Part shown: piece by piece, positions 29,105 through 32,811 of the stretch
Layout: every line of letters begins with the position of its first letter
Position numbering within the stretch: the stretch's first letter is position 1
Assembly: GCA_001275005.1 (NCBI GenBank)
Contig: JWZX01002716.1
Span: 1-32,811 of the forward strand
Direction: 5' to 3'
Source: Chrysochromulina tobinii
Lineage: Eukaryota
Length of the DNA stretch: 32,811 nucleotides
Made by a program: the position numbers and the translations under genes
Notes under the pieces: generated by a model
What the model was told of the DNA's origin: nothing
The model's input: only the letters and a program-made list of their open reading frames with translations
Database searches by the model: none

Positions 29105-30447
29105 TGGCGGCGAGTAGATGCAGCGAAGCGGCGAGGAGGAGCAACGAAGAGGCGGCAACCGGCAGCGAGAACGGAGCAGAGGCTGGGGCGGGTGCCGCAG
29201 CGGCAGCAGCGCGCGGCGGCCCGATGCGTGCAGACGAGCTCAAAGAGCTCAAGGCGCGAGACTCTGGTGAGTGGGCAAAGGGCACTCTCGTCCTTTTGAA
29301 TGGCCTGACCTCGACGCTTGAGATGAACGGCCGATCTGGCGTGTTACTCGGCTTCGACGGCGACCGCGCGCGGTATGAGGTGCAGCTTGCGAATCGCTTG
29401 GTGCGCTCTCGGCCAGCCAACCTGTCCATCCACCCTCTGCAGCGGCAACGCGAGGTTGCGGCGCGCGGCGACGAGCTCGTGCTGGCCTCGGCCGGAGCGG
29501 AGGTGGCGCGCGCAGGCACATACGCGGTGCAGCTCGACCCCCAATTTGGGTATGACCAGGCGCTTGAGCGCGTCTTCGCGGCTTCCAACGAGTTCGAGGT
29601 GCTCGAGCTCCCCGTCGAGCTCACCGACGATTTCGTCAAGATCCGCCGCCAATTCCGCAAGATCTCGCTCGCAGTGCACCCCGATAAATGCCGACACCCG
29701 CAGGCTGACGCGGCCTTCCGTAAAGTGTACGGTGCGTTTGAGACCTTGAGCGATCCACAGCAGCAGCGCCGGCTGCTTGCGATCCTCGGGCGCGGCGCGG
29801 CGGCGGAGGCGAGCTGGCGCGCCTCGTTTGCGAGCGCGGGCGCCGATGATGACGATGGCGCAAGCTTCCAGTGGTGGTGGGAGGCGTCGGTGCCTGCCAT
29901 CATGAAGGCAGCGGAGGAGGCGGAGGGTTCGGATATGGACTTGTACGCCGCGATGTACGTGAGCGACGGGCTCGGCGGCGATGTCGATGATGTACGCTGG
30001 ATGGGCGTCCACAAAGCCCTCGCGCTGCATCTGCAGAAGCGTGCCATCTTTATTGACTGCCGTGAGCATGCTGACTATGCGCGAGGCGGCATCCCGGGGG
30101 CCTGGCACCTGCCCATGTCGGCGGTGATGGACTACGGCATCGTGCGGGCGCTCGGCGAGGAGAAGATCCATGCGCTGCTCGACACGCAGCGGCATGCACT
30201 CATCGTCGTCTACTCGAGCGTAGCCACACCCTTCTCGCGTTGCCGCGCCTTTTGTCGGTGGCTGCTGCGTGCGGGGCACCACACACTCCCGGTGCAACGC
30301 TTCCGCCGGCTGCGTGGTGGCCTGTTTGGATGGCACCATCGAGGGGGCTCTGTGGCCAGGCCGATCGGCCAGGCGGCCACCGACCTAGACGAGGTCCTTC
30401 AGCTGGCTGAGGCCAAAGCCCAGCAATACACGATCGATTTGAACTGA
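28360..30447 (+). CDS. Multidomain J-domain (DnaJ) + rhodanese/Cdc25-like protein (695 aa)
   Basis: J domain FEVLEL..IRRQFRKISLAVHPDKC..AFETLSDP with intact HPD; rhodanese FIDCRE..Y..GGIPGAWHLP..IVVY..LRGGLFGW; SH3-like segments and poly-Ser upstream. Confidence 0.85.
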
Positions 30448-30956
30448 CATCGTGCGGCTTGAACTCAAAGACGCATTGGTATGAGTACAGTCTGGTGTGC
30501 ACCACTTTTGGATTCCGGCGCGCGCAGCGCCACTTTAGGATTAGGCTCCGGAAGACGTGTGTGACCGCCGCAGCCCGATGGAAGCAGCATCAAGCGAAGC
30601 GGAAAAGGGTGTCAGCGTGTTATTAATGATTAAGGCCCGACCTCCTATAACGCTAAGCTGTCGTGTTACGCCGTGTCGATCGACGCGAAGCGATCGAAAA
30701 CCTAAGGGAGACCGCAGAAGCCCCCGTACGGCCCCCCCCGGCACACCCGCTGGCCGCCCCCCGGCTCCTCGCCGCGGCGCTCCGAGACGTTCTATACTAT
30801 CCACATCTGTAGACTGTACACCCCCTCTCTCGCTCCGCCTCGCTCGCGAGTCTGAATTCTTACCGAGAGCCAAGGGTTATCCCCACACGTGCTACAAGGC
30901 AGAAGGCACCAAGAAGTCCAAGCAAGTGTGAACTCTCCGACGATGCACCGACCAAA

Positions 30957-32483
30957 TCAGGACGTCGACGACTGTTGACGCTTTGCTAGCTCAGCTCTTT
31001 TTGCTAGCTTCCTTGCTTGGATGGGCGTCAGCGGCTGTGGCGGCTGAGCGGCTGCGCCCGCCATTGACTTCGTCCCCGTTGCACTCCCTTCTGCGGATGT
31101 GCTGTACGCATCATTCAGTGCCTCTTGCTTAGATCCTTTTCCTAGCTTGCTTTCTTGGCTGGGCGTCCGCGGCAGAGGCGTTGGCGGCAGAGCGGCCGCG
31201 CCCGCCCTTACCTTTGCCTCCATTGTACGCCGCTCTGCGGCTGTGCTATACGCTTCATTAAGTGCCGCTAGCTTAGCTCTGTACGCGTCCCCTTTCTCCG
31301 CTCTCCTGTCTCCGTGCTTAGCTATCTTTTTTGCCCAAGTTATTGCTTGGGCGGGCGTCAGCAGAGTTTCCTTTGGCGGCAAAGTGGATGGGTATTGGGG
31401 AGATTCTGGATCATCATATTGGCGGGCCGCGCAGCATGTCTTAAAGTCTGCCAGGCTCTTCTCGTCTAGGGCGCTGCGTCTCAAGACCGAGTCAGCGACA
31501 TGAATCAAGTTGGTCTTGCACGAGCCCTCCGGTGGGAGTGAGTTCCCGCCATGCTTGAGGAAGATGAGCTCAAACGGATCTTGCGCGAAGAGTGTCGGGT
31601 TCGACTGACAGAGGCGCATGCAATCCATCGGCATGAACGTAGCACCCCAGCTTTGCAGCGATGCGATTTTGAAGCCAGCCTGAATAATTGCCGTGCTTAA
31701 ACCTACCTCCGACTCAACGATGATTCGCGTTTTGTTGTCGTATTCTTTGCCCCACTTGGGCAGGATGAATTGCTCGGCCGCCTGCTTTGTGCCCACAACA
31801 AAACACGACTGTAGGTGCGGGCTTGGCTGGCAGGAGATTGAGGGCCCGCTAATCATGACGCCATTTCGAAGAAGACTGGTGAACGGCTCAAGCCACGAAG
31901 CCACGCCAAGTCGGGCAGTTGGGTGTGACGCCGGCATGAGGTAGGGACCACGCACGCCGCAGTTGAGGAAGACAAAGTAATAAGTGTCGTCATTCCGGCC
32001 AAGAGTCTCGCGCAAAGCCTGCGCGTGCACGAACAGATCGGCCGGCCCCAAAGCTCGCCGTCGGATGGTGATACGGCGACCTCCTAGCGATGGCACTGGT
32101 GAGTCTCCGAACACGTTCAAGATCACATCAGGGTGATTATGGCCATCATGGGGCGGTAAGCCCCGACGCAGGAAATGATCCAGGTTGCTCCGACACTGCG
32201 CGTACATTCTGTCTGTCTTCCCAAGCGGGCTGTAGTAGGCGTAGGATATCATCGTGCGCCGCTCTAGCTGTCTCGCGGCAAGAATAGAGTACTGTTGGGG
32301 CCTGGGCCCGTGTCCTGCACGACACGTGCGTGCGGTCCAGGTGTGCATTGGCTCTAGGCCACAGCGGTTCAACACCGGACCATCCGAGGACACCGGACGA
32401 GACAGATTCGCATGGTTCAGCATTTCGCCTCGTGTAGTATCCCCGTGTGGAACATGAGGGACGAAACGCCAAGTTTTTTCCAT
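30957..32483 (-). CDS. Uncharacterised glycosyltransferase-like protein with repetitive basic C-terminus (start uncertain: 32483, 32423 or later)
   Basis: NLDHFLRRG, YYFVFLNCGVRGPY, GPSISC..HLQS, ESEVGLSTAIIQAGF and DPFELIFLK resemble an RgpF/rhamnan-synthesis-like family seen in algae, fungi and giant viruses (from memory, not searched). Confidence 0.65.
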   Translation of the reverse strand: MEKTWRFVPHVPHGDTTRGEMLNHANLSRPVSSDGPVLNRCGLEPMHTWTARTCRAGHGPRPQQYSILAARQLERRTMISYAYYSPLGKTDRMYAQCRSNLDHFLRRGLPPHDGHNHPDVILNVFGDSPVPSLGGRRITIRRRALGPADLFVHAQALRETLGRNDDTYYFVFLNCGVRGPYLMPASHPTARLGVASWLEPFTSLLRNGVMISGPSISCQPSPHLQSCFVVGTKQAAEQFILPKWGKEYDNKTRIIVESEVGLSTAIIQAGFKIASLQSWGATFMPMDCMRLCQSNPTLFAQDPFELIFLKHGGNSLPPEGSCKTNLIHVADSVLRRSALDEKSLADFKTCCAARQYDDPESPQYPSTLPPKETLLTPAQAITWAKKIAKHGDRRAEKGDAYRAKLAALNEAYSTAAERRTMEAKVRAGAAALPPTPLPRTPSQESKLGKGSKQEALNDAYSTSAEGSATGTKSMAGAAAQPPQPLTPIQARKLAKRAELAKRQQSSTS

Positions 32484-32521
32484 GCGCGACGCCGACAAGA
32501 AATGTGCCGAACTCTAGCTCG

Positions 32522-32620
32522 CGGATGCAAGCTCCTCCAAGGTTCCTGCGCCGTATGTGCCCTCGGATGGCCTCAAAGGACCCGGGCGCCAAGAGCGAAC
32601 CTTGGAGGAGCTTGCATCCG
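32522..32620. repeat. Perfect 24-bp inverted repeat with a 51-nt spacer
   Basis: CGGATGCAAGCTCCTCCAAGGTTC (32522-32545) / GAACCTTGGAGGAGCTTGCATCCG (32597-32620). Confidence 0.95.
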
Positions 32621-32769
32621 GATTCTGTGCTTGCCGCCTCTAGGCTCGATCTGCAGGAGCTCCTCAGGCCCTCAAAGTGGACCGCGCAGGCAAATGGGGT
32701 CGCGCTCATGCATCGTCAGACATTGATCTGTCCTCAGCTACCCTGGATACACCTTCGGCAGCCTTGCGA

Positions 32770-32811
32770 GCGCCCCGATCTCGCATCTGTGCGCCCCGAT
32801 CTCACATCTGT
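32770..32811 (+). repeat. 21-bp tandem repeat GCGCCCCGATCTC(G/A)CATCTGT, 2 copies, reaching the window end
   Basis: Directly visible; one mismatch between copies. Confidence 0.85.

Noticed and set aside
28644..30047. Long antisense ORFs (467 aa here; also 21881-22934, 5176-5994)
   Set aside because: Mirror frames of strongly GC3-biased real genes.

Overview
Gene-dense, GC-rich, intron-poor eukaryotic DNA. It is most likely a haptophyte microalga (Chrysochromulina/Emiliania-like). That assignment is an inference from a bipartite signal+transit-peptide Obg, repeat-filled short introns, TTAGGG-type repeats and (GTCAA)n tracts. About 16 genes are supportable: a partial secreted PAN-like/Ser-Pro-rich protein, a 1660-aa coiled-coil protein, an HhH-GPD DNA glycosylase, a DUF707-like protein, a Pro-rich HAD hydrolase, a SAM methyltransferase-like protein, syntaxin-6/SYP61, a duplicated YrhK-like membrane protein, a spliced GT2 + class-III aminotransferase fusion, a winged-helix + PIN protein, plastid-type Obg, a J-domain + rhodanese-like protein, a GT-like protein and three hypotheticals. 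The most striking non-gene structures are: (1) an intron made of 16 telomere-derived hexamers plus a 30-nt copy of the upstream exon end, which looks like intron birth at a telomere-repeat-healed staggered break; (2) a second intron with a duplicated exon/intron junction; (3) an ~870-bp symmetric non-autonomous element with TIRs and CTCGACA arrays; (4) unusually long convergent intergenic spacers with TTAA-rich cores. All domain calls come from motif recognition by eye; no searches were run.
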